A stretch of DNA of 64,000 nt, from assembly GCA_047967505.1 (NCBI GenBank), contig CM106538.1; one strand, given 5' to 3'. The DNA comes from Dipteris shenzhenensis (taxonomy: Eukaryota). Position 1 is the stretch's first letter; every line of letters starts with the position of its first letter. Below, piece after piece: positions 1 through 11,490 of this stretch. The notes under the pieces are model-generated. The model was not told where the DNA came from, did no database searches, and saw nothing but the letters and a program-made list of their open reading frames with translations. The position numbers and the translations under genes were made by a program.

Positions 1-311
1 AATCCAGATGACTACGGTCTCTGGAGGCTGGAGTCTTTCATGAATGAAGAATCACGATTCACGACTCATGACTCATGACTCATGATTGACGACTTTAAAA
101 TTAATACAATTATACAAGTTTCAAGTTTCAGTTTAATACCTGTGTGTCAATTTAATGTGTACAATGATCAATGATCAATCTATATTTTTCTGAAATTTTT
201 TGGATAAAACTAGGGTCACGTATGTTTCAGCCCCAAGGGCTGAACCATACTCCAATCATACTTCCGTACTCGTATGACGTATGCGTATGGTAACGTATGG
301 AAAAAACTATG
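1..311. mobile_element. Probable terminus of a DNA transposon (hAT-like) with subterminal repeats
   Basis: Tandem TCAYGAC heptamers at 52-90 and clustered CGTATG/CATAC motifs at 218-300, ending in GGAAAAAACTATG (reverse complement CATAGTT..., TIR-like). The partner end is not in the window. Confidence 0.3.
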
Positions 312-739
312 GCCAGGGAGACTATAGATCGAGGCAACCTGCTGGGAAGAGTTTGGTTGTTTGATTGCACCAGAGTTCAGCTATTGAGGGCTTTGTCTTG
401 CAGTTGTTCAGTCGTGTTGGCTGGTTGGGCACTTGGATGTGCGATTGCAGGAGTCGTTCAAACAGTGGATGCTATTGGGGTCTCTATTGCATGCTTTGGT
501 TGGCTAAGGATACAAGATTGCCTAGGGATTGGATGCCGTTCACCGTTTGAAGTTGAGCAGGGAATTACAAGGTGGGCTGGACGGGAAGTCTGAGGGCGTT
601 GGTTTGCCTGTGGAGCAGCTTCCGAGAGACCTTTGTAATCAGCCTCTTGGCTTCAAATGAATGTTAAATAAATAGCGCAAGGGGCGCCAGCATTTGGGGC
701 CAATGGGTGTCTTTGTTTCTGAGTAGGAGCGCTCTAGCT

Positions 740-1656
740 CCCTTGTGATTTGTGGTGTGTTGCAAATTTGTTTGTCTATTTACTGTATATGCTGTATTTA
801 CGTGGATCCTACCACCCTTTACGTTGTTGAGGCTGGTTTCAGTGGTAGTGATGGGGGCATTTTTATGTCACAATCCAAGTATATTGGACAGTGTTTTCAG
901 TTTGAGGATTGCAAGCCAGTATCCACACATTAGAGCCTGGTTTTCACTTCTCATTTGAGGATGGCAGTGGTACATGTGATGTCACCATCTATCACCAGGC
1001 AGTTGGTTGTTTGATTTATTTATGCCATACCAGACCCAATCTTCAATATTATGTCTCACAGTTGAACGGATATATGCACAGCCCCTCTACGCACCATTGG
1101 CAAGCCGTGAAGCGTGTCTTTAGGTACCTCAAAGGCACTCAGCATGTGGGCCTTCTTTAATGAGGCCGATTCTTCACTTTTTATGCATGGATTCACTGAT
1201 AGTGATTGGGCTGGTTGTTCGGACACCTGTGTGTCACATAGTGGCAACTGTTTCATGCTTGGTACTTCATGCATCTCTTGGTTCAGCAAGAAGCAGACCA
1301 CACTTGCTACGTCTAGCTATGAGGGTGAGTACATAGCAGCTTTTACAGCTACAGTGGAGTGTGTTTGGCTCCGGAAGTTACGTGTAGATCTTCATGCATG
1401 TCAAACTGCTCCCACCGTCCTCTTCACTGATAGTCAGATTGCTTTGGCTGTTGCATGGAATCCAGTTTTCCATGCCCGCACAAAGCATATTGAGGTTCAC
1501 TATCACTATGTCAGAGAGAGATTATCAGCAGGTGATATTCAGTTGTCTTATGTTCCCACTGAAGACAACTTGGCATATCTTTTTACGAAGGCTCTTCCTC
1601 GACCTAAGTATGAAGCTTTCCGGCAAGCTTTAAACTTAGTACCATTTGTGACTTGA
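740..1656 (+). pseudogene. Ty1/Copia pol remnant (end of RT plus RNase H), frameshifted and internally deleted
   Basis: Motifs YHQAVGCLIYLCHTRPNL, HWQAVKRVFRYLKGT, GFTDSDWAG, NPVFHARTKHIEVHYHYVRE and FTKAL across ORFs 909-1160 and 1114-1656. Confidence 0.9.
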
Positions 1657-1784
1657 TCTGTTACGCTCTGTATAGTCATAGGTTGCGATATCCCTACAGT
1701 ATGAACATGGTGCAACCATGACATTAGATATTTAGGTATTCTGAGGTGCGGAGGATACTTCAGTCCATTCCATAGAGGGGGGTT

Positions 1785-2058
1785 TGTAGGCCATTCTATG
1801 GGCTATCCATAAGTGCCACTCATTCCTTGGTATGTGTCTTGTAGGCCTAGTTATAGGCAGTTAGGTCAGTTGGTACATTTAGGAGATGTACAAGTTAGAA
1901 CACTTAGGCCAGTTACGGCATCCTACTGTAGGGTTTTGTTATATTGAGTTTCTCTTGTACTTTCACTCAGTTTTCCGGCAATTCAGTACAGCAGCTCGTT
2001 TTTGCCTCCATTCCTTGCATTCTTTAACTTTCTTTGCTTGCCCTAGACCTAGACTACA
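1785..2058 (+). mobile_element. 3' LTR of the Copia remnant
   Basis: PPT AGAGGGGGG at about 1774-1782, then TGTAG...CTACA inverted ends. The start (TGTAGGCCAT...GGTATGTGYCTTGTAGGC) resembles the minus-strand LTR at 43201-43470. Confidence 0.7.
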
Positions 2059-3572
2059 GTTAAATGCTGAAGCTGTTGTTGCTGCTGCCACAAATACACC
2101 ACAATTTGATTCATGTATGTAATCTAGGGCATGATCTAAGTCATGGAAGGCTCAAGCAATGGTGGTTGTGGAGGGGCTGCTTCAACATGCTGCCCTCCAT
2201 AGGCAACTTGCGAGGCATCGGAAGACAAGGCTATAGAGATCGCAACAAAAGACTAGCACAAGGTTGAAGCATGAGATAGAAAAGAAACAAAGGAGAGACA
2301 GGGAGATTTGGATTAAGAGATGAAGCAAAGTGGAGCACTGAAGCTATCAAGGCTCACAGCATTGCAAGCTAGGCTGAAGGCGAGGATACTTTGGAGTGTG
2401 GACGAAAGGTCACGAGTTGCTGATATTAGAAGTGCACAAGTGGCTGTGAGAAACTGCTGGAAATGGGCGAATTTCGGTCTAAATTGGCCAAACAACCAGC
2501 ATAAATTGGTTGCACAAGGACTCCACCTACACGTAGACCTTTTCCAATTCTTGATGGCACACTTGGCATGCACTGAAATGCATCATGTAAGCAATGACTC
2601 TACTCATGCAATGACCATCTTTGCATGTTTATAAGAGCCCAAAGTGGAAGTTAAAACGTTGGGCTAGAAATTAAAGCCCGTGTAAAACGTAAAGCATGCT
2701 TTTAGTACTTTCCCACTCTTAATACCTTAGCAAAGTAAACAAAACATGCACCATGCACCATGCATGCCTCGTGCACTTTTTAAGAAAGGTGCTACATGAA
2801 CAACAAAGCTACATGCACACCAGCCTTTTCACATGATGGCTTTCTAGCCCATGCATGAGTGTACACACTAAGCACACAAACTCTGAGTTACTAAAGTAAG
2901 CTTTAAAACACGTATGCAGCTCAAAAGCACTAATGCATGCACTCCACATGTCTCGTTTCACTGCCATGCAATTGCATGCAAGACCAACAAAGCATGCATG
3001 CATGTGTGACATGTACATGCCATCCAAAACCCAGGCGCTAGTATATTGCCACTCCCACCCTTCATCGCACATCGGGTTGGCTTCCGTCTTCACCTATATT
3101 GTTTGTTTCCTTGAGAGGAACCTGGGCTGAGCAATGAGCATGGGAGGAGGCAAGTAGGAGCAAGAGATCCTACACTGATACCACTGTTGGATGCGGGGAG
3201 CAATGGAAGCAAGCTGGAATGGAGGGAGGACACAACAAGCCAAAGGAACTGAAGTGTACTTGCAAATGAAAGTACGAATGGTAGCCCATCTATGGCCCAA
3301 ACTCAACTTAGGACTAAGTGTCCTAATTGAACTAGGACCAGTGTCTCAAGTGGAGTAAATGTCCTAACTAGGCCTGACTACCCTAGAAGGCCATACTAGG
3401 GCTAAGTGGCAACACTTTCTTGGGATATCTTGGGGCTTTTTGGGCTATGTGCCATTTAGTTTCTTTGCTTTTTGCTTGTTTTTGGTCTTTCAGGCTACAA
3501 CTTCTGCTTGCTAGCATTCTAAGCTCAAATCCCCCCCGCCTCTTTTTCCCCCAAATAAAAAGAATTGTCAAG

Positions 3573-3592
3573 ATGCATGTCGATTGGAAAAG
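3573..3592 (+). CDS. CNGC: Candidate first coding exon of CNGC (MHVDWK-R)
   Basis: ATGCATGTCGATTGGAAAAG|GT ends in phase 2, the phase exon 5226 needs. An upstream acceptor-like TTTGGTCTTTCAG ends at 3493. The donor GTCTGG is weak, so the true exon 1 may lie elsewhere. Confidence 0.35.
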
Positions 3593-4160
3593 GTCTGGTT
3601 CTACTACTACCGATACTGCATAAATGTTTGCATAGCCTCTAGAAGGCTATAGATGCAATCACCGGTTCCTCAAAAGGTTTGAGTGCATGTGCATGTGTGT
3701 GTGTGTTAAAGGGTTATATCTTGATCGGAGCTGTTTACATCGGAAGATGAGGCTGCTTGTGCTAGATATTATGGCTGTTTTTTACCATCGGTGATATGGG
3801 CGGCATACGAACCACATATATGGTCGGCTGTAATGGATCGGTGGCACCGGGATCCACCTCTGTGCTGACCTGGAGGGCCCTTCATGGGTCTAATCCATCT
3901 GCATACCAGAAGGGATTGGAGTTATCCATATGCCCTCTCTTGGGTTGGGTGGAGTTTGGTCCTTCAAAGGTGTCAAGGGATGGATTGGGGGAAAAGGAAT
4001 GCATAGGCATGTGCTCTTTTATATTTTGTATACACATGCATACACATACACATGCACATGCACACACGCACGCATGCACGTGCGCATGTAATGGTCTCAA
4101 TGGAATCGTCTGCTCTGCTAAAATCCCATAGATAAAATTTCTGCAAACGCTATCTCATTT

Positions 4161-4161
<1 letters not shown>

Positions 4162-4207
<46 letters not shown>
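4162..4207. repeat. (CT)n microsatellite
   Basis: About 23 perfect CT units. Confidence 0.95.
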
Positions 4208-4209
<2 letters not shown>

Positions 4210-4667
4210 GCAAACATACTAGGGCTCAGGACAAATCGTCGGGCTGGACCCCCCTGAAGGCTAAGAGAATCTGTTACAAAGAGAGCAGCATGGAGTTGTC
4301 TGATACAAAATCCAACGTGAAAAAAACATATTATAAGAGCTTCAAGCTCATCTCAAATTGGCAACATGCCACTTGTCTAAAATCTAGACTAAATCCCATT
4401 ACATGCCACTAAGGGCAACTCTGGAGTCTTCGAAACACTTGGTCACGCGAACCGCCTCCTAGATGCTTGTTAGGCTCCATAGCGCTTGGGAAAATAACCC
4501 TTCTTAGTGCCTGCAACAATTAATTAAGGCGCACCACCATGGCACCCATTAATTGTTAGCGCTTTGCATGTAAATAATACACTGTGGACTAATTCTAGTC
4601 ACGGTGGGCATCCCCACTGAACACATGCACATATAACAAAAAAATATGTAAATATATTTATTCTCTG

Positions 4668-4978
4668 GTTGACGGGAGTCAACACTCTTGATTATAATTA
4701 AGGGGCTTTGACCAAGGGTCGAGGCGCCTTAATTATAATCAAGTCTCTCCAACCGAAGTTGGCACAACTTTTCAACCGAAGTTGGCACATCTTGGTTAAC
4801 CGTAGTTAATCCTCTTGGCGCATGCCAAGTCTCATTGACCGAAGTCAACACTCTTTGACCGTAGTTAGCACTGTGGTTCTCTGGTTAACTGTAGTTAACC
4901 CTCTTGGTAATAAACCAAGTCTCCCCAACCGAAGTCAGGCTTACTTGACCAGAGTCAAGTATCTTTGACCGTAGTCAA
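4668..4978 (+). repeat. Array of short stem-loops (units like TTGAC-N4-GTCAA) plus one 17-bp perfect stem
   Basis: GTTGAC-GGGA-GTCAAC (4668-4683), CTTGATTATAATTAAGG/CCTTAATTATAATCAAG (4687-4703/4727-4743), CCAAC-CGAA-GTTGG, CTTGGC-GCAT-GCCAAG, GGTTAAC-TGTA-GTTAACC and TACTTGAC-CAGA-GTCAAGTA (4942-4961). Confidence 0.85.
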
Positions 4979-5225
4979 TTCTTTGACCATTAATTAACAC
5001 ATATGAAAACTCTTTAATTATGATAAGATATTTAAATGGTCAACTGTACTTTGACTTAGGATATTTACATTGTGGTGACACTCAACTTAGATTGTGTCAT
5101 CCTGATGGCGTGATTAATCTGCAAGGGCTAGTTTATGCATTGACCTTTTGCCTTTCTTGTGTTATGTGTAACGTGTTGAATCTACAGACCACTGAATTAT
5201 AATGCCTCGTCTGTTTTCTTCCCAG

Positions 5226-5790
5226 GTATAAAGAGGAGCTGAAAACTGCAGATCATGATGCAACCATTGCACACAAGGAGCGTTACATTTCACGTGCTTT
5301 TGAAAAGACATACTTGTTGTCAGATTCCATCAAAAGGGGTTCCGGGGGTCTCCGAAGTATTGGGAAATCTCTACGCAGTGGAGTATCCAAGGTTTTTCCT
5401 GAGGACTACAAGGCCTCAAAGATGAAGATATTGGATCCCAACAGTAATTTTGTGCAGCAATGGAACAAAATATTTCTTCTGTCATGTTTGGTGGCCTTAT
5501 TTGTGGACCCTCTATTCTTTTTCTTACCTGCAATGAGCGGTGCTGAATTAAGTGGTGCTGAATGCATTAAAATACAGAGGCCTTTGGAGGTGGTTGTAAC
5601 TATTCTTCGCACTATAACAGATACATTTTATCTATTTCATATGGCCCTTCAGTTTCGAACTGCCTATGTGGCTCCATCGTCCCGAGTGTTTGGCAGAGGA
5701 GTGCTGGTTGTTAATCCTAAATTGATTGCAAAACGTTACTTGATGAGAGACTTTTGGCTGGACCTTATTGCAGTGCTGCCTATTCCACAG
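5226..5790 (+). CDS. CNGC: Cyclic nucleotide-gated channel, exon 2 (N-terminus, S1-S3)
   Basis: Acceptor TTTTCTTCCCAG|G and donor CAG|GTATAT. Encodes KILDP..QWNKIFLLSCLVALFVDPLFF, QFRTAYVAPSSRVFGRG and DLIAVLPIPQ, typical of plant CNGCs. Confidence 0.95.
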
Positions 5791-7146
5791 GTATATTCCT
5801 CTGGTTTGTAAACTAGCGAAGCTTTCTAAACAATGTCTCTCTTGGTCTTTCATATTATAGATGTGGTGTGTCTGGTTTCCAGATATTCTCCATTGTTAGG
5901 GAGCTATGGCTTATGGGCTTCTTACTTCCAATGACATTCTGAAGTGTGCAAATTTTTTAATGACATTCGTGTTAGACAACCAAACAAAGGTTATATGGAA
6001 CCCCAAAGCTATGGTTATGGAGCCCCATAATTCACATAGTGGTGTATTTCAATCTCAAACTTCTTTCCTTAATGTGTACTATTCATAGATGCGCAGCAAG
6101 TAAATGGACATTGCACAATAGAAAGAAAAGAAAGAAAGATGTATTAACGTCCGTGGAAGGCCTCGCGGGCCTATGGGACAAAGTGCGTACAAAAATAGAC
6201 CCATACAAGCCTAAGTGGGGCTGAAGCAAAGGGCGTGCCAAGGGCCCTTGCTGAGTATTAATCTATCCTAGCAAAAACAAAGTGATCATAGTCAATCAAT
6301 TACAAACTGAATCAAGTCAGTCATAGAATTGGGACTCAAAAACCGAAGCCCGGTACAGTGATGGCTCTCTGGTAAGCTGTGAAAATATCTCGTATTTGCG
6401 TCTGTCGAGATGTATCGCGTTGTGGCGGGGGACGCGGTCTCCTCGATCTCTGAACTCTCTGGGCTATGTCTAGAGTGATCCCTCGTCTTTGTGGATCCCC
6501 CCTAAGGAAAGCTGTGATAGGTCGTAGACCTCAATAGAGTGTGCTGTGGGCACTCTCTGTCTTGCGCATGGTCTCTACGTCCCTCTATTGGTGGCAGCGT
6601 GTCGGCTCTCTCGGCTGATCCAAGCTGCCCTCATATCAGCTAGCTCCTCCTCCTCTACCCCGTTGTGACACGTCCCAGCACTCCTGAAACCTCTGATCTG
6701 CAAGCACAACACAAGAACACACACAACGTGAGGAAACTGAGCAGCCTGCTCACCACCCAACCATGACATCTACGGGATGTGATCCCGAATCAGGAGATGT
6801 CCCTTATGAGCCACGAGTTGAGCTACTGGCACGAACTCCCAACCAGATTCTAACCAGCCTGGTGTCCCATACCACCAGGTGGCGCTGTGAAGCTTGGGAT
6901 TTGCTGATGGGCCTTGGGCTACGCTATGATGCAGGCGCGCGTCCGCGACTCAATCCAGGATCAGACCTAGCACTTGGGAACGAAACTTGCTCCCATCGGC
7001 TCTCTGAGAACTGAACCTGTGGGCCCCTTTTATAGACTCGGGCCCCAAGCGCCAAAAATAGCGAAGACCTCTAACTTTTTCGTACCCTTGCTACTCAACC
7101 TGAGAATCAAGCCTGCCTAGCTCTAAGCCTCCCTAGGCTACTTGAG

Positions 7147-10110
7147 CTAGTCTTGTGTACCCAGTAGACGTCGGATACCAATCTGTGCACATGACATACT
7201 TTCCCTCCTGTAAGAACTCACTCCCGAGTTCGGTAAAAAACCCGAGAATGTCCTCTGGAGGTTTTGTAATGTCTCCCATGTTGCATCCTCCTCAACACGA
7301 TCCTTCCACTTGATCTTGTATTCCGTGATAGTTCTATTACGAATTTGTCTTTCACGAAATGCAAGAATACACTCAGGTTCGTGTGGAATAAAAGTCAAAT
7401 CTGTAACTTCTATTATTTCTTGAGGAGAAACAAGTTGATCATCCCCACCCAAAACTTCTTTCAGTCTACTGACATGAAAGACTGGATGTACTTTAACATC
7501 AGGAGGCAATTCTAGTCAATATGCAACTGGTCCAATTCTTTTAATGACCTTGAACGGACCACAGTATCTGGGGGTTAACTTCGGAACCAAACCAGTACTT
7601 AGGCTCTTGGATTCCTTGGGAATTCTCAAATATACCATCGTTCCTTCAGAGAACTCTCTAGGTGAATGATGTCTATTAGCATAAAATCTGTGCCGATCTT
7701 GGGCACTTCTAATAGACTCCTTGGCAAACTGCAACATTTCCTGCATGTCTAGCAAGAAGGTCTTTGCAGCATCATTTTGGATTCCTTTTAACCCAACCAT
7801 AACTAGTGACTTAGGTTGAAACCCGTACATAAGCATAAAAGGACTGTACCCAGTACTCGAATGCTTTGCACTGTTATAAGCAAATTCTATCATAGGTAGA
7901 TAATCTTCCCATGAATACTGTCTCTTAGAAACATATGCCTGAAGCATATCTTCAACCAATTGGTTAACCTTCTCTGTACTGCCATCGGATTGTGCATGAT
8001 CTGAGGAACTCATACTGAGAGTAGTTTCTAACTTCTCAAAAACAAGTGTCCAAAAGTTACTTGTAAACTTTGAGTCCCTGTCACTGACTATGTCAGAGGG
8101 CAAACCATACAGTTTAAACAAGTGGTCCACAAACTTGTGAGCCAACTGAACAGCTGAAATAGTTGTTCTAGTAGGTAAGAATCTAGCCATTTTTGCTAGA
8201 CGGTCGACTATGACCCAAATGGAGTCATGACCCTTGCGCGTTCGAGGCAAACCAGTAATAAAATCCATGGAAATACTTTACTTGGAATCTGCAATGGCTG
8301 TAATAAACCCGTGCTTCTAAGGCGTTCTGCCTTAGTAACCTGACAAACCCGGCAACCTACCACATAGTTTTCAATAAATGCACGCATTTTAGGCCAATAA
8401 AAGGTATGCTTCACAAGAGACAGAGTCCGATGTATACCCGGATTTCCAGCACTAGGAGCATCATGACACTCCCAGAGAATCTTGGATTGAAGTTCCAGAA
8501 CATCTGGCACGTCCTAGACTCTCTGCCAATAAGAACTGAAATGAGTATCAGTTGCGCAAAGCCCTCTCAAGGATTGAAATAGGTTTGAGGATATTTCCAT
8601 AAATGACATAGCATTTACAAATTTGACTCGACTTAAGGCATCCGTCACACTATTCAACGAACCCTTGCGATAACGTATTTCAAAATCAAAATCTTGCATT
8701 AATTCTGCCCATCTAGCTTTCCGTCCCCTCAAGTCAGACCCATCACACATACTTGATTGACTGATGATCGGTCAATACAAGAAACTTCGAACCATACAAG
8801 TAGTGTCTCCAAACCTTCAGGGCATACACTACTGCATAGAGCTCTTTTTCCAGTGTGGGCCAACGATATTGTGTGTCGTCTAGCTTCTTACTCTCAAAAG
8901 CTACAGGTCTGCCCTCTTGGAATAAAGCTGCCCCAATCGCAAAATCACTCGCATCGGCCTCTAGAACATAAGGCTGGGTAGGATCGGGTAATGCAAGAAC
9001 GGGTGCTTCCTTGATAGAAAACTTCAAGGTTTCAAAAGCCTTGTTCAATGCATCATTCCAAGAGATCGGTTGGGTAGACCTGCGTCCACGAGCTTTCAAT
9101 ATGTTTGTCAGGGGTGCCGTGATGTGTGAATAATCACGCACAGACTTCCGTAGAAATACCGTAAATCCTAGGAAAGAACGAAGTTGTTTCACAGTCTGAG
9201 GGATAGGCCATTCTAAAACCTCCTGGATACGATCCAGATCAATGCTAATAGCTTCAGAAGAAATCTTGTGTCCTAAATAAATGATCTCCTTCATAAAGAA
9301 GTCACATTTACTCATCTTGGCATAGAGCTTATGCTGTCTTAGAATAACTAAGACAATCCGGAGGTGTCCTATGTGATCCTCTAGCGTTCGGCTATATACC
9401 AAGATGTCATCTAAGAACACTACAACGAATTTGCCCAGAAAATCTCGGAACAAATCGTTCATCATTTGCTGGAAGGTGGCAGGAGCATTGGTCAAACCAA
9501 AAGGTAATACAAGAAACTCATAGTGGCCATACCTAGTTCGGAATGCGGTTCTATCTATGTGTTTAGCATAGATACGGATTTGGTGATAACCCGTACGCAA
9601 ATCAATCTTAGTGAAATACTTCGCTCCGGCCAAACGGTCTATTAGATCATCGGAACGAGGTAGAGGGTATCGATTCTTAATTGTCACTTTATTCAATCGT
9701 TTATAATCTATACACATTCTCCATGTATAATCTTTCTTCTTTCTTAAGAGGACAGGTGCTCCCCAAGGTGATTTACTTGGGGGAATATAGCTCATATTCA
9801 AGTAATCCTGTAGCTGTGAAGCTAACTCATCCTCCTCAAGCTGGCTCATCCTATAAGGTGGAACACTAATAGGTTGAGCCCCAGGTACTAAGTCTATGCG
9901 ATGATCTACAGCCCGTTCTGGAGGTAAACCTTCCGGCAGTTGAGCAGGGAATACATCGAGGAAATCATCTAACAACGTTCTCAATTCACGGTGTTCAAAC
10001 ACACTTAAATCATTCTTGTTATTTACAGAGACAACAAATGAAGAAAGCGGAATCAAAACACACTGATAGACATCATAATGAGAAGTGTTTAATATATTCC
10101 GAAGTTGCAT
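7147..10110 (-). pseudogene. Element A pol: RT, RNase H, integrase and chromodomain, broken by frameshifts and a deletion
   Basis: RMCIDYKRLN, LPFGLTNAPATFQ, VVFLDDILVYS, EADASDFAIGA, MDFITGLP, IVSDRDSKFTS, GPFKV and EPECIL...YKIKWKD..EEDATWE. Confidence 0.92.
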
Positions 10111-10203
10111 CGCAGATACAATAGGTCCCTGAGAAGAGGGAATGTTATCACATTGAATACAAAATTGGATGTCCTTTTCGAAAAAAGAAAGAGTATGTTC
10201 CTT

Positions 10204-11490
10204 TCATCCAATCCGAATATCATGGGTTTTAAACCACTCTATTCCGATTAACAAGTCCACATGCTCCAAGTGCATGACATAGCACGTAAGAGCCGCTGTG
10301 TATTCTTGAATCCGGATAGAAAGGGCTTCAATCTTGCGATCCCAAAACTGCTTCCCAGCTGGAAGTTGCACCTCATAGGTGTGATCGCTAGGTATCGTGG
10401 ACAGCCCCATCTTCTGCACAAGTTTGTAATTAACAAAGTTGTGAGAGCTGCCCGGGTCAAAGAGAATGTGAACTCTTTGGTCCCTAACTTCTTCATAAAC
10501 TCGGAAAAGATCATGGGAACCAAATAACGAAGTATTAAAAGTGCAATTACAAGAAAGTGGGCAGGTAATGACATTTATAGAAATACCTGTCATCGAAACT
10601 TGATTAGCTCCCTTGGCTTTGGTACCCGGACCCGCCTGGAGCTTCGGTCCCGGCGCTTGCTTCTGGTTCTTGCGCTTAGGACAATCATTCTTAGTGTGGC
10701 CCCGCTCCTCGCAGAAGAAGCAACGTCCTTCCTTCTTTAGCTTCAAGGTACGAAGGAAATGGGCACGACCATTCTTTGCCTGAGTCAAATGTTTCTTGGA
10801 GGCGTTGTCTATAGACTTCGTCTCCCTGGTACCAATGGTAGACTGGAAGAACTTCCGCTTGTTCTTCCCACCCGTGTCAGCAACTGTGGTTCCCTTTGCA
10901 CTGGCCATGGTATCATCATAAATACGTGCGTAATTCATGGTCTCTTGCAACGTGGTACACTTGTTGTTCTTGATCTGTAACTTATAGGAGTCAGGCAAAC
11001 CATCCACAAAGAAACCTAACAAGATGACTGGATCCATCTTTGTAGCTCTGGTATGCAAATCCCGAAACCTCTTAAGATAAACCTCAAAAGTCAAATTCAG
11101 CTTGGACATATCGAGGGCTTTGAGCTTGCCTACGATATCGTAATCTTGCTCCTTTAGGAACTCTTTCCTGAAGACCCCTTCGAATTCGTTCCATGTTGCA
11201 GGCTTGGGTTGGAGTTCCTTCCACCACAATAAAGCCTTTCCAGACATAAACCCGGCTGCAAGCTGTATTTTCTTGTCATCTGGATAAGGGTGAAACTGGA
11301 AGTGTACTTGCCATTTGTGCAACCAAATGTCCACAACCTCCTTGGTACGAGACTTTTGGTCTTCGGGAAAAGGATCTGGAGTGATGTTCAGACCTAACAC
11401 TGAAGCCATGGCATCCACATGCGTGAGCGCCTGAACAGTGCTAGTCAAAAGTGTGGGTGTAGTCTGAATCCCTTGGAGTTGCTGCATCAA
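10204..11490 (-). CDS. Element A gag plus aspartic protease
   Basis: 428-aa ORF with KALLWW, zinc knuckle CFFCEERGHTKNDC, and protease ILFDPGSSHNF and DLLIGIEW. Confidence 0.88.
   Translation of the reverse strand: MMQQLQGIQTTPTLLTSTVQALTHVDAMASVLGLNITPDPFPEDQKSRTKEVVDIWLHKWQVHFQFHPYPDDKKIQLAAGFMSGKALLWWKELQPKPATWNEFEGVFRKEFLKEQDYDIVGKLKALDMSKLNLTFEVYLKRFRDLHTRATKMDPVILLGFFVDGLPDSYKLQIKNNKCTTLQETMNYARIYDDTMASAKGTTVADTGGKNKRKFFQSTIGTRETKSIDNASKKHLTQAKNGRAHFLRTLKLKKEGRCFFCEERGHTKNDCPKRKNQKQAPGPKLQAGPGTKAKGANQVSMTGISINVITCPLSCNCTFNTSLFGSHDLFRVYEEVRDQRVHILFDPGSSHNFVNYKLVQKMGLSTIPSDHTYEVQLPAGKQFWDRKIEALSIRIQEYTAALTCYVMHLEHVDLLIGIEWFKTHDIRIG

Noticed and set aside
4290-4412. ATG GAG TTG... as CNGC exon 1
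   Set aside because: No phase-2 donor was found before the stop codon, and there is no CNGC similarity.
4668-4978. CRISPR-like array
   Set aside because: Units are 14-20 bp and variable, there are no unique spacers of regular length, no cas genes, and the context is eukaryotic.
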